A DNA stretch of 63,208 nucleotides, counting the filler, from Folioceros fuciformis (taxonomy: Eukaryota): the NCBI GenBank assembly GCA_049999805.1. It is 5 parts of 3 records of this genome, joined end to end, with 100 filler letters (N's around TTAATTAATTAA, not from the genome) between each part and the next. Parts side by side here need not be neighbours in the genome. Positions count along the whole stretch, not along the records: positions 38,339 to 54,790 come from JBNGIO010005845.1; 4 more parts are not named here. One strand, 5' to 3'. The notes under the pieces were generated by a model, which had not been told where the DNA came from, ran no database searches, and was given only the letters and a program-made list of their open reading frames with translations. A program made the position numbers and the translations under genes. Positions 39,967 through 50,033 of this stretch are shown piece by piece. Positions within the stretch are counted from its first letter, which is position 1. Every line of letters starts with the position of its first letter.

Positions 39967-41099
39967 TTTGCTTGCCTTCCAATTTGTGCCTTCTTTCTTG
40001 TATCCACAAGATGTTGATGTTCTGCAACAAGGATCTCCTCAATTAGAAACTTAGGTACCCTGCACAAAGGATCCTTGAGGATACACAAGAAAAAGTAGGA
40101 CTATTTGAAACCTAGACTTCAACCTACCTTTGAGGGCNNNNNNNNNNNNNNNNNNNNNNNNNNNNNNNNNNNNNNNNNNNNNNNNNNNNNNNNNNNNNNN
40201 NNNNNNNNNNNNNNNNNNNNNNNNNNNNNNNNNNNNNTGCCAAGGACCTTGAAACCCTCTTGCTGATTTGCAAAGATCAAGCACCCCTAGTTGTCTTCCA
40301 GACGATGAAGGACTCTTAGAAAAATCCTCAAGAAAATTCAAAGGCCAAGGACTTTGAACGCCTCCTCGTGATTTGCAAAGGCCATGGATCTCTCGTTGTC
40401 TTCCAAACGCCGCAAGATAAGCACTTATAAGCACAGCTCTCCCACCATAGCTCCTTACTCGCACACTTCCTTGTAGTATATTGCTTCTTCTCAATGCACA
40501 AAATATGAAAAACGACACAAGTCTTAGAGACTCTAAGGCCTTAATATAGCTCTAGGAGACTATGCCGATATAGTACTAAGATGTGGACTACAAGTCTTAA
40601 TATAGTAGTAACTGCTAATAGACATATATAGTAGGATACATAAATAACACTAACCCTCAACCTAATTATCTTATCGTCCGCTTTTTTCAAACTAAAGAAA
40701 AGACAAAGGACAAGGACTCCTTTGTCTCACTATTTATAGACCACAGCGGATGCGGACCACAACGTCTCGTAGTAGTAGTAAGTGCTACTATACGTAAATA
40801 CTACATACTATATACTAGGATGCATAGTTACCACTAAACGCTAAACCGAAAGGACAAGGACAAAGAACAAGGACTTCTACCTATCATGATGGCTATTAAG
40901 GGTGGCCTTAGGAAAGCTCCTTTTTCTCAATCTAGTCTCCCATATTTGGAAAAAAAGAGAGGATTTTTTAAAGAAAAAAAAGAATCCTTTTAATCTTGAA
41001 GTAGATATGGTCAATTAAAAGCATTTTTTAAGAATAATGCCTTTCATAGTTTCAAGGAAAAGTACTTCTTGTAGTATAAGAGGTGAGGTTTTGAGTAAT

Positions 41100-41132
41100 T
41101 AGTTTAGTTTTAGGTTTTAGGGTTTAGGGTTT
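41100..41132. repeat. Short interstitial telomere-like TTTAGGG tract (similar tract at 60252-60270)
   Basis: tttagttttaggttttagggtttagggttt. Confidence 0.65.
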
Positions 41133-41597
41133 GTGAAGTTGGGTGGTTGAGGAGGTAAGTGTCAAGAAAGAAGCAAGGTCCATACATACGTAGCTATGTA
41201 GAAGGGTCATTGTCTTTATCCCTTTGCTTTTACCAGCCCATGATGCAATAGGTAAGAACTCCTCAGTTCTTATGAAGATTGTGCAAAGGCTTTATGTAAA
41301 ATGTTCTTCTTTTTTTTTTTTAAATATTTTTCAGCCTAGAATTGAAGTATGGATATCTCCACACCCACAAACCAAAACCATGAACCTCGTGCGAATGTTT
41401 GAAGCGAGCCGTCTGCCATTGCTGCATTAAGGGGGCAGCCATTCCTGGCTGCCGTCGTCAGTCGGAACGGACTGAGGAAGCCGGGTTGTTCAGGCTGGAT
41501 TGAATGCTGCTTGAGGAGAAGCAGGGAGCTGGATATTTTTCTGGGATTGCAGACATGTTATCATGAATGTTGAATCCCAGCACCAGCTGCCTCTTCG

Positions 41598-44500
41598 ATG
41601 TCCTCTTCGTCTACCTCAGGTGGACCTGTAGGAATGTGGGACGCAATTCAGTTCCGCTGCCATGACACCGGTAGCGGAGGAATGGGATTGTGCAGGGAGG
41701 CCAAGACGTGGTCTGGAGTGGTGGCGGGAATGTATCATCTGAGGCACCGCCGGGCCGGAGAGACACCAGGAGTATGCGTGGCCATCTCCACTACAGGAGA
41801 CTGGATGAAGCGGGTGTTCTCTGGATCCTCTGGATACTACAAGAGTGCGAATCATCCCGACCGAGCTGAGCTTCTGTCTGAGGTAGTTTGCGAAATGTGC
41901 GATAGTCCAGGGTTGTGTTGTAGTGAAAGGTTCACATTGTGACGTCCCTCGGTGTTGCTCTGGCAGGCAAGGTTTAGCCGAGAGTTGGAATGGCACCGTA
42001 CTAACTATGATCGAGTTGGTGAGATTGAGCCGCCGCCGATTTTCCCGTTTTGGCGGAAGCAGGAGTTCGAGGCTCGGTCTTTGACTAGAAAGGTTCTCGA
42101 GCTTACCAGGAAGAGGCAGCTCAATCAAGTACGGGTTTCCTCTATTGTTTGGAATATTGCACCGGCATGAAGTTAGGAGAACCCTGACAGTCAGCGTCAC
42201 CTTCTCGACAGATTTTGAAGTTGGTGGAGACAGCCAAACAGGAGAGATACGAGCTGCACAGAATAACTATGAATGCGGTGATGGAGGCTTGTGTGCATTG
42301 TAATGACACGGACCGTGCCATAGGCATTTTCGAGGAGATGCTACGCCCGGGTGCCTGTGGTGTTGATACTGTAACATATGGGATCCTAATAAAGGTCTGC
42401 TAAGGCTTGCAGCATTGCTTGTCTGCTGTTTGTGTGTGAGGGGAAGCCATGTGTTGGCTTACTGTCTTTGAGTCTTAGTCTTTGCTCTTGATGTGCAGGG
42501 CCTAGGGCAAGCGAAAAGACTGAGTGATGCGTTTCTCGTATTTGAAGCAATTGAGAAAGGCACGGCTCCAGGAGCTCCCAAGTTGTCGGATGTTCACCTC
42601 AATACTCTAGTGAATGCATGTGCCGAGGCAGGTTAGTTTCAATCTGCATCCGTTGTGCGTTCTGTCTCGCTCTCCTCGGTATCTGTCCGAGATGTGAATG
42701 CTAATATGACGGCCTTCTTCTTCAGTTCTGACCTGATTAGGTTGTTCCGAACAGGAGAATCTCTGCGTGCACGGGGTATACTTCTTAGGTATCGGTCCTC
42801 GGTTGACCAGTCAGGACCATCCGCTTTCACCTACAACCTGCTGATTAAGGTAGTCCTGTTTTTCTACACGCTGCCATTCTGCAATTTTTGCCAGTTGGGG
42901 ATCCTGATGAGTGGCATTGTCCTAGGGATATGCAAGATCGGACAATCCTCTGGAGGCTCTGAAGGTGATCGATGAGATGCGTTCCAATGGCTTGGAACCG
43001 CAGCAGTTGACTTATAACTCTCTTATTCTGGCTTGTGTCCGGGGCGGGGACACACCGAAAGCCCTTGATTTTTTGAGGCAAATGAAGGTTGGTATGCAAG
43101 ATTACAGTAAGCTTGGTCCTGGCACATACCCCCTCTCAGCTCAAAGTCCGAAGTAACGAATTTTGTGATATCTCAGGAGGAAGCGAAGAGGCTGAATTCT
43201 CCAGAAATGCTTCCAGATGTTGTAACATATACCACTCTAATAAAGGTCAGTGGGGTTGACTTTTCTTTGGAAGAATGTGCTCTTCTTGTCGTTCCTACCG
43301 GGCTGCACCTTATTCTGTCCGGTTATCCTGTTCAGGGTCTTGCTTCGAATGGCGATCTTCAAAAGGTTTTGGATATGGTGGATGAAATGAAACAGACACC
43401 AGCATGTGTATTGGATCGTGTTGCGTATACAGCGATCATCGACGCCTGCATAGAGGCTGGATCACCCAGACGTCAGTGTGCCACCCTGTACACGGTCCAT
43501 TCTTCCTGAGGTTGGCTGTGTAAACCTTGCGTGTGTTCAAAGTAGCTGACAGATTTTGTCGTCATGCAGAGGGCTTCATAATGTTGCAAGAGTTGAAGGA
43601 GAAGGGGCAGGAAAATCCTGTTCTCAGACCAAGGGCTCATGTGTTTCTTGCTCTGATGAGAGCTTTTGCCGATGAAGGTGATGTTGAGATGGTGACCTCG
43701 CTGAGAGAGCGTCTAATACCGGAGGCTGCGGGGTTTGTTTGGCCTGAGGAGCGTGCAGAAGCAGATGAGCTACTGATGGAAGCTGCCGTTGCTGCAAGGC
43801 AGGTAAAACGATGAAGTCATTTATCCCTCGTTTCTTCTCACCTCAATGACGGCTAACCTAACGAGCTGTCTTGTTTCAAACAGCTAGGTCTAGCAAAACA
43901 TGTGCTGCGAACGATGGTCGGTCTGAAGAAAGGCATCCCTCTGACAAGACGCGCCTACATTGTGAGTCCTACCGACCCAACGAAGGTGAATATGCATGTA
44001 GTAAGCAATTTACTATACCATCGGTATTAGGCCTACCGTTGTTTTGCAGGCCGTTGTCCGATTGCAAGCACTCACAGATTTCAAGGAAGACATCTTCAGC
44101 CCGCTTCAGCTGCGGGTGCGTTTAAGTCTCTGTTGCTTGCATTGCCGTCCTAGTGCGCGTTGAACGCTATCGTGACTCAACCACCTGCCTTTCCGGCTTA
44201 CAGGTTCCACCGAGCGAGAGCGTGGAGAGGGTAATGTTGCCCTTCGCTGAGGCAAACACCGTCTCTGAAGACCTTAAGGTGGCAGATGTAGCATTTCGAT
44301 TTTTCAGAGAAGATGTGATACCCGTCGTGGACAAAGCAGGAGCATACGTTGGTTCTGTTCACTGCCGAGACTGCACCGAGGTACATCTCACTTATCTTTG
44401 CTATGCACGCAAAGTTTCGGTATTGGAGCTATTGTTGATCTCCCCTGTGACTGGGGATGTGCACAGATGGATGCCCGGTTAGGCGACCTGAAGAAAAGAA

Positions 44501-44730
44501 CTCCCGTTGTGACCAACGCCACCCCAGTCTCGAAAGTGGTCAGTCTGCTGCTGAAGTCTCCGTCACCGTTCATTACTGTCATAGACAGCAGCACGGCATC
44601 GTACCGCAAGGGCGACTTGTTAGAAGGCCAGGTCCTTGGTTTCCTTGTTCCGAGCAGCGTTTTCCTTCTGGATAGCCGGAGGTCATGGAACGCGATTACC
44701 ACGTCGCCTAACCTTGACCAATACTACTAA
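41598..44730 (+). CDS. Multi-exon P-class PPR protein with C-terminal CBS domains (At5g10690-like); start uncertain
   Basis: ELTRKRQLNQ, ITMNAVMEACVHC, VDTVTYGILIK, PDVVTYTTLIK, LDRVAYTAIIDAC, IPVVDKAGAYVGSV; GT-AG introns e.g. 41884-41967, 42129-42211, 42395-42498. Confidence 0.88.
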
Positions 44731-44774
44731 ATTATGGGACCGGTGTGTGGAGACAAAGCAGGAGCTGGGCCGGC

Positions 44775-45317
44775 ATGGGAGGAAGTGAGGGAAGCTCAGC
44801 GAGCCGGGGCAGTGATGCGGGGAATGTTTTCGTTACTGTGGGAACCACCCGCTTCGATGCCCTGGTGGAGGCGGTGGACGATCCACGACTTTTGTCTGTG
44901 CTGCGCGAGCGCGGCTTCTCCTCTCTGGTCATCCAGCTTGGCCGGGGCTCCTACCTCCCCGCCAGCGCCGGCGTCATCCCGGGCGGGTTCAAGCTGGAAT
45001 TCTTCACCTTTGCTCCTGATATAGCTCACCACATCCGCTCTGCACAGCTGGTGATCAGTCACGCCGGATCCGGCAGCGTGTTCGAGACTCTGCGAGCCGG
45101 CTCGCCCCTTGTGGTTGTGGTGAACGAGTCCCTAATGGACAACCACCAGAGCGAGCTGGCCAAGGAGCTGGCGGATAGGAAGCACCTCTTCTGTGCCACC
45201 CCTTCCTCTCTTGTGGATGTGGTGCGTAACATCGATGTGTCTGAACTGGTTCCGTATCCTGCCTGTTCTCCTGCGGCTATGGTCAAGAGCCTGGACCAAT
45301 TCTTAGGGTTCGGGTAG
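44775..45317 (+). CDS. ALG13: UDP-GlcNAc transferase catalytic subunit ALG13, intronless
   Basis: VFVTVGTTRFDAL, LVISHAGSGS, VVVNESLMDNHQSELA; first in-frame ATG at 44775. Confidence 0.95.
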   Translation: MGGSEGSSASRGSDAGNVFVTVGTTRFDALVEAVDDPRLLSVLRERGFSSLVIQLGRGSYLPASAGVIPGGFKLEFFTFAPDIAHHIRSAQLVISHAGSGSVFETLRAGSPLVVVVNESLMDNHQSELAKELADRKHLFCATPSSLVDVVRNIDVSELVPYPACSPAAMVKSLDQFLGFG

Positions 45318-45559
45318 CAAGCTGTCACCTGCAATTGGCTGATGTATTGGCTGATGGTTGTAGTGAATGATAGAAATTATACGTTGTGTGGCCCAACCCG
45401 AACCTCAAGTAAGGCTTGTTGATATGGGATTCCTGGACCACAGCTTCAGTGCAGCCAGTAAAGATTTAAGCCAAGCTTGAAGATTGAACAGTTCTTAAGG
45501 GCGGGCTTGGTACGTGGAGAGCAGCAGCTGAATGATGTATGATAATTGAGGTGTCTGTC

Positions 45560-45907
45560 AAATGAGGATCCCCGCACAAACAGGACTTGGGGTGCGTCTC
45601 AGACTAGAGTGTCCCGCGCCTCAAGACGTGACATAATCTTGGTGCTACTGTGGCGGTCACTGCACATCGGGCACAAGGAACCTTCCTTCGCCTGCTCAGA
45701 CACTGCTCTTTACATCTTCCAAGCCCTTGCGGAGTTCCGCAGACTTCCGATATCGTCCACGTCCTTCCACCTGCCGACGTTTGCATCGATATTGCCCAAG
45801 AGCACATATGGACTTGCACTTTGAGGCTCCAGTTTCACAAGGCGGTCGAAGCATCTCCGTCCTCGCTCGGCATCATCATGGGTTTTGCAGCCAGTCAGCA
45901 GGGCTCT
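45560..45907 (-). pseudogene. Decayed E1/E2/DYW tail of the 45908-47917 gene
   Basis: In frame after the stop: RALLTGCKTH...PYVLLGNI...RWKDV, stop, then MCSDRHSSTKIMSRLE. Confidence 0.85.
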
Positions 45908-47917
45908 CTAGCCCACCACATTGCCCTCAGAAGGTGCGGTCTGCAAGATGCGCTCTGCCTCATCCACCCGGCCTGCCCGCCCGAGAAGATCCGTCATGCA
46001 GCTGTGGTGGTAGTCGGAGGGTAAAATCTTATGCTCCTCCATCATCTTGAAATACCGCTGTCCCTCATCCACCAGTCCGGCGTGACAGCAGGCAACAAGG
46101 AGGGAACTGAAAGTAATCTCGTTAGGCTCAAATCCCTGCTCACACATGTCCTCGAAACACCGTATGGCCATTGCAGCGTTGCTGTCTTCTGCATAACCTT
46201 TGAGAAGGGCATTCCATGCCACCACATCCTTGGTGGACAAAGTGTCGAAAACGGAACGAGCCTCCTCCAAACTCCCACACTTTGCATACATGTTCACCAG
46301 GCTGCTGCCGATGGAGACCTCTTGTTCCAGGCCTTGTTTCCGAATGTGTGCGTGAAGCTCCTTGCCCGTCTGCAGCGCCCCGGCACTCGCACATGCTTGC
46401 AACAGGCAAGTGAACGTAACAGCATCATCGACACTGAGCCCCTCCTGCTGCATACTCCTGTACAACAACAGGGCTTGCTGGCCCATACCCTGCTGGGCAT
46501 AGCCTGCGATCATGGCAGTCCATGTGACCACATCTCTTGTGGGCAACTTGTCAAACACTGTGCGAGCATCTTCCAAGCTCCCACATTTTGCATACATTTC
46601 CACCAAGCAGTTACCCACAATAGCATTCCCTTCCATCCCACCTTGTCGAACCTGCGCGTGCAGCCGCTTTCCCTGCTTAAGATCGCCCACACTCGCACAA
46701 GCTCGAAGAAGGGCTACAAAAGTCACATTGTTGGCTCTCGTCACACCCTCCTTTCGCATGCTCTCATACAGGGCCAAGGCTTCCCTGCCGAGTCCCTTCT
46801 GCGTATAGCCTGAAATCATAGCAGTCCACGTTACCACATCCTTGGTGGCCAAGTTGTCAAACACTTTCCGAGCATCTTCCAAGCTCCCACACTTGGCGTA
46901 CATGTTAATCAGGCTGTTTCCGACAAAGATGTTGATTCTCACCGAACTCTTGGAGATGTCCTCATGAACCAGCTTCCCAGAAACCAGATCCTCTCCACTG
47001 GCACAAGCCTTCAGCACAGCTACAAAGATGTGATTATCCGGCTTCACCTTCGTCTCCCTCATCTCTCGGTAAAACCTCATCGCCTCCTTGGGCTGCCCTT
47101 TCCGGGCATGTGCCAGAATGATAGAAGACCACGTATAGGCATCTGGAGCACTCACCTTCCCAAAAGCCTGCACTGCCTCCTCCAACTGTCCATGAGAAGC
47201 ATACATGCCTATAATGTGGTTCGCCAGGGACGCGTTCCCCTGCAGACCGACTGTCCGAACAAGAGCATGCACCCGCCTACCAAGCCTTAGATCCCTTTCT
47301 TCCACGCACATTCTCAACACCCTACGGAAAAGAACCTCACGGATATGACATCCTCTCTGCACCAGGACCTCCAATTCCTCCACGGCCTCCCGCACCTTCC
47401 CCTCCTCGCATAATTTATTCAGCGTTTCCAGCTCAGAATCTCCTTCCCCTCCGCGCCCAACACCATTTTCTGTTCCGGGAATAGGTGCCACCCCGGATGG
47501 CGAGCCCAGCTGCGAATCCACCCACCCCGGCTTGCAGCGGCTACGCAGCCACAGCCCCTCTTTGGACGTCTTGTGCCTGAAGTCAGGATGGCGGGGGCTT
47601 CTCTTGTCCTCCCTGTTGTCCCACCATTGCGCTGGATCCGAGAAATACTCCTGCCACAGGAGCTCCTCCCGTTCCTTCCTGGGCAGCCCTTCCACAATAT
47701 AGTTCTCTGCAGAGGAAGCTGGCCGTGCCTCACCCCCCAACTTGGTTGATGCAAAGCTGTGGCACGCGAATCCGCCATCAATCGCTGCACATTGCTTGCC
47801 TCCCACCATAGGATCAGGCTTCCATGGCCCCCGCAGCTTGATGAGCGCAGCACGGGAGTCCGAAAATCCCGAATTGGACAACGGCAGTAACAGGGGCAGG
47901 TCCAGTGGCATCGCCAT
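45908..47917 (-). CDS. PDF-PLS-PPR protein truncated at the start of E1 by a TAG (likely from TGG)
   Basis: PDF motif WQEYFSDPAQWWDNREDKRSPRHPDFRHK..LWL..PGWV; intact PLS array through S2; first ATG at 47917. Confidence 0.85.
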   Translation of the reverse strand: MAMPLDLPLLLPLSNSGFSDSRAALIKLRGPWKPDPMVGGKQCAAIDGGFACHSFASTKLGGEARPASSAENYIVEGLPRKEREELLWQEYFSDPAQWWDNREDKRSPRHPDFRHKTSKEGLWLRSRCKPGWVDSQLGSPSGVAPIPGTENGVGRGGEGDSELETLNKLCEEGKVREAVEELEVLVQRGCHIREVLFRRVLRMCVEERDLRLGRRVHALVRTVGLQGNASLANHIIGMYASHGQLEEAVQAFGKVSAPDAYTWSSIILAHARKGQPKEAMRFYREMRETKVKPDNHIFVAVLKACASGEDLVSGKLVHEDISKSSVRINIFVGNSLINMYAKCGSLEDARKVFDNLATKDVVTWTAMISGYTQKGLGREALALYESMRKEGVTRANNVTFVALLRACASVGDLKQGKRLHAQVRQGGMEGNAIVGNCLVEMYAKCGSLEDARTVFDKLPTRDVVTWTAMIAGYAQQGMGQQALLLYRSMQQEGLSVDDAVTFTCLLQACASAGALQTGKELHAHIRKQGLEQEVSIGSSLVNMYAKCGSLEEARSVFDTLSTKDVVAWNALLKGYAEDSNAAMAIRCFEDMCEQGFEPNEITFSSLLVACCHAGLVDEGQRYFKMMEEHKILPSDYHHSCMTDLLGRAGRVDEAERILQTAPSEGNVVG

Positions 47918-48119
47918 CTCGTCTCGCCCGTCGGTGCTGGGAAACCTTCGGCACGCCGCCTCCCTCAAGCTGTCTTTCGTCTCTTTACCGCGGAAAACCT
48001 CGTCTCTTTACAGCGGAAAACCTCGTCTCTGGTGTTGGAGGATTAAGGCAATGGCTCTTCAGAAACTCACATTAACGAGTCGTTTTCTCAGACAGCGCTG
48101 GTCTAGCAGTTTGGGAGAC

Positions 48120-49400
48120 GCAGGCTGGCGCGGAATGCCGTTGAAGCAGTGAATGCAGCGGCAGGGAGCTGGAGCTTGTTGCAGGATTGCAGGCATCACG
48201 TTACGAATGTTTAATCCCAGCAGCAGCGGCCTCGTCGGTATCCTCTTCTTCTACCTTGCGTGGACCTGTACAAATGTGGGGTGGAATTCAGCTCCGCTGC
48301 CATGACACCGGAAGCGAAGGAATTGGGCTATGCAAGAAGGCCGAGTCATGGTCTAGAGTAGCGGGCAGTTTCACCTACGGTACGGCGGCGCCGTGAGGGT
48401 TGCCCTGCCATTTCCACCACACGAAACTGGACGAAGCTAGTGTTATGAGGATCCTCCGATGCCATAAGAGTGCGAATCATCCTGACCAAGCCGAGCTTCT
48501 GTGGAGTAGTTGGGAAATGTGCGGTTGTCCGGAGTTGTGTGTTCAAATTGTGAGCTCTGCTGTGCTTTTGCGCCAGTCAAGGTTTAGCAGAGAGTTGGAA
48601 TGGCACCGGACCCACTATGAAGGGGTTGGCGTGATAGAGCCACTGATCATATTGCCGTTTTGGCAGAAGCATAGGCGCTGTGTCTAACCGAGGAGCTTGT
48701 GGAGCTTACCGGGACGAGGCAGCTCAATCCAGTACCAGTCTGCCTTATGGTATGGAATGTGTATCGGGCCTTAAGTTAAGGGAATCCTGACAGTCAGGGT
48801 CAGGGCCTTGACAGATTTTGAAGCTGGTGGAAACAGCAAAACAGGGGAGATGGGAACTGCATTGGATATCCCTGAATGTGGCGATGGAGCTTTCTGTGCA
48901 TTGTACCGACACTGACCTTGTGTTGGTTGTGAAACATATGGGATGCTAACAAAGGCCTGCTGGGCCATGCAGCATTGCTCTTCTCCTGGTGGTTGCATGT
49001 GAAGAAAACCTTGTGCCCTTGCTCGTGCTGTTTGTGTTTCACGTGTGGTTCAGGACACGGCCTTGGGCAAGTGAAACGACTGAGTGACGCGTTTCTCGGA
49101 TGTGAACCACTCGAGAAGGGCATAGCCTCTGGCTCTGAAGTTGATCGATGAGATACCTTCGAATGACTTAAAAGCACAGGAGCTGACTTCGACCTCTCTT
49201 GTACTGGCACAAGTTGTTCCCGGGGCGGGGACACACAGAAAGCCCTTGATTTTTTGAGGCATACGAAGGTTGGAGCACGGAACTACTGTACCCTTGTGCC
49301 GCATGTTGTTACTCAGCCCAAAGTCCAACATACTTCTTCGGGTGATAACCCAGGAGGAAGCGAAGCATCTGGATTCTCCAGAAATGCTTCCAGATGCCTC
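48120..49400 (+). pseudogene. Degenerate intron-retaining duplicate of the 5' part of the PPR-CBS gene
   Basis: Colinear matches: IQLRCHDTGS, KSANHPDQAEL, RFSRELEWHRT, EEAKHLDSPEMLPD; frameshifts and an internal deletion. Confidence 0.9.
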
Positions 49401-49479
49401 CAGAAACCCTCTTCACTTTACACGTTCTCGGTCAAAGTGTCCACTTTTCCGTCGTGCAAGTGGAGGAGGCGATGTCGGT

Positions 49480-49740
49480 GACAAGTGATCTGCGCTCGGC
49501 AGATCGTGGGAAGTACTGCGCTAAGTTTGCAAAACGTTCGCTCTGCATACACAGACTTGTTTGTTGGCAACACATTCATGCGTAAGTGGATGTGCGAAGC
49601 GAGAACATCGAGGATGCTGAACAGGTGTTTGATTCCGGCGAAACGCAGGGCCTGCACTGCCGTGACTGCAGCAACACGGTCAGCAAGGTCAACGACTCAG
49701 ACGCTTTGCATCTCTATGCCGAGATGCAAGCACCAAGGTT
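49480..49740 (+). pseudogene. Short PLS-PPR remnant
   Basis: DLFVGNT..., IEDAEQVFD, DALHLYAEMQ across frames. Confidence 0.55.
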
Positions 49741-49812
49741 GAACCATAGCAACGAGAGGAAGCAATATTGTCTAGCATGCATACTGCAGCAACGGGTATT
49801 CCTTCGTTGTTC

Positions 49813-49960
49813 TCACGGTCGATCCTTACAACTGCGAAAACCAACTGCAAACCGATGCACACGGTACCCATCCCTTACGACAACGTTTCTCTGTTCGACC
49901 CTTAACGAATCTCCGTGGCACCGTGGCAGTCGCTGCACAAGCGATGCATGCTCCAGGTGA
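49813..49960 (-). pseudogene. Tandem partial duplicate of the DYW:KP 3' end of the adjacent gene
   Basis: EQRNVVVRDGYRVHRFAVGFRSCKDRP versus EQRDIVVRDGYRVHRFAGGFCSCKGRA. Confidence 0.9.
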
Positions 49961-50033
49961 AAATTCACATGAAGGTTGCCACCCGCAACAAGAAAAATTG
50001 CGAACACTTGCCCATCTGGGTACTCTATTTTTC

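Noticed and set aside
45908-45910. Stop repair by U-to-C editing of the PPR gene's own mRNA
   Set aside because: Downstream sequence has additional stops and a deletion, so repair would not restore a DYW domain
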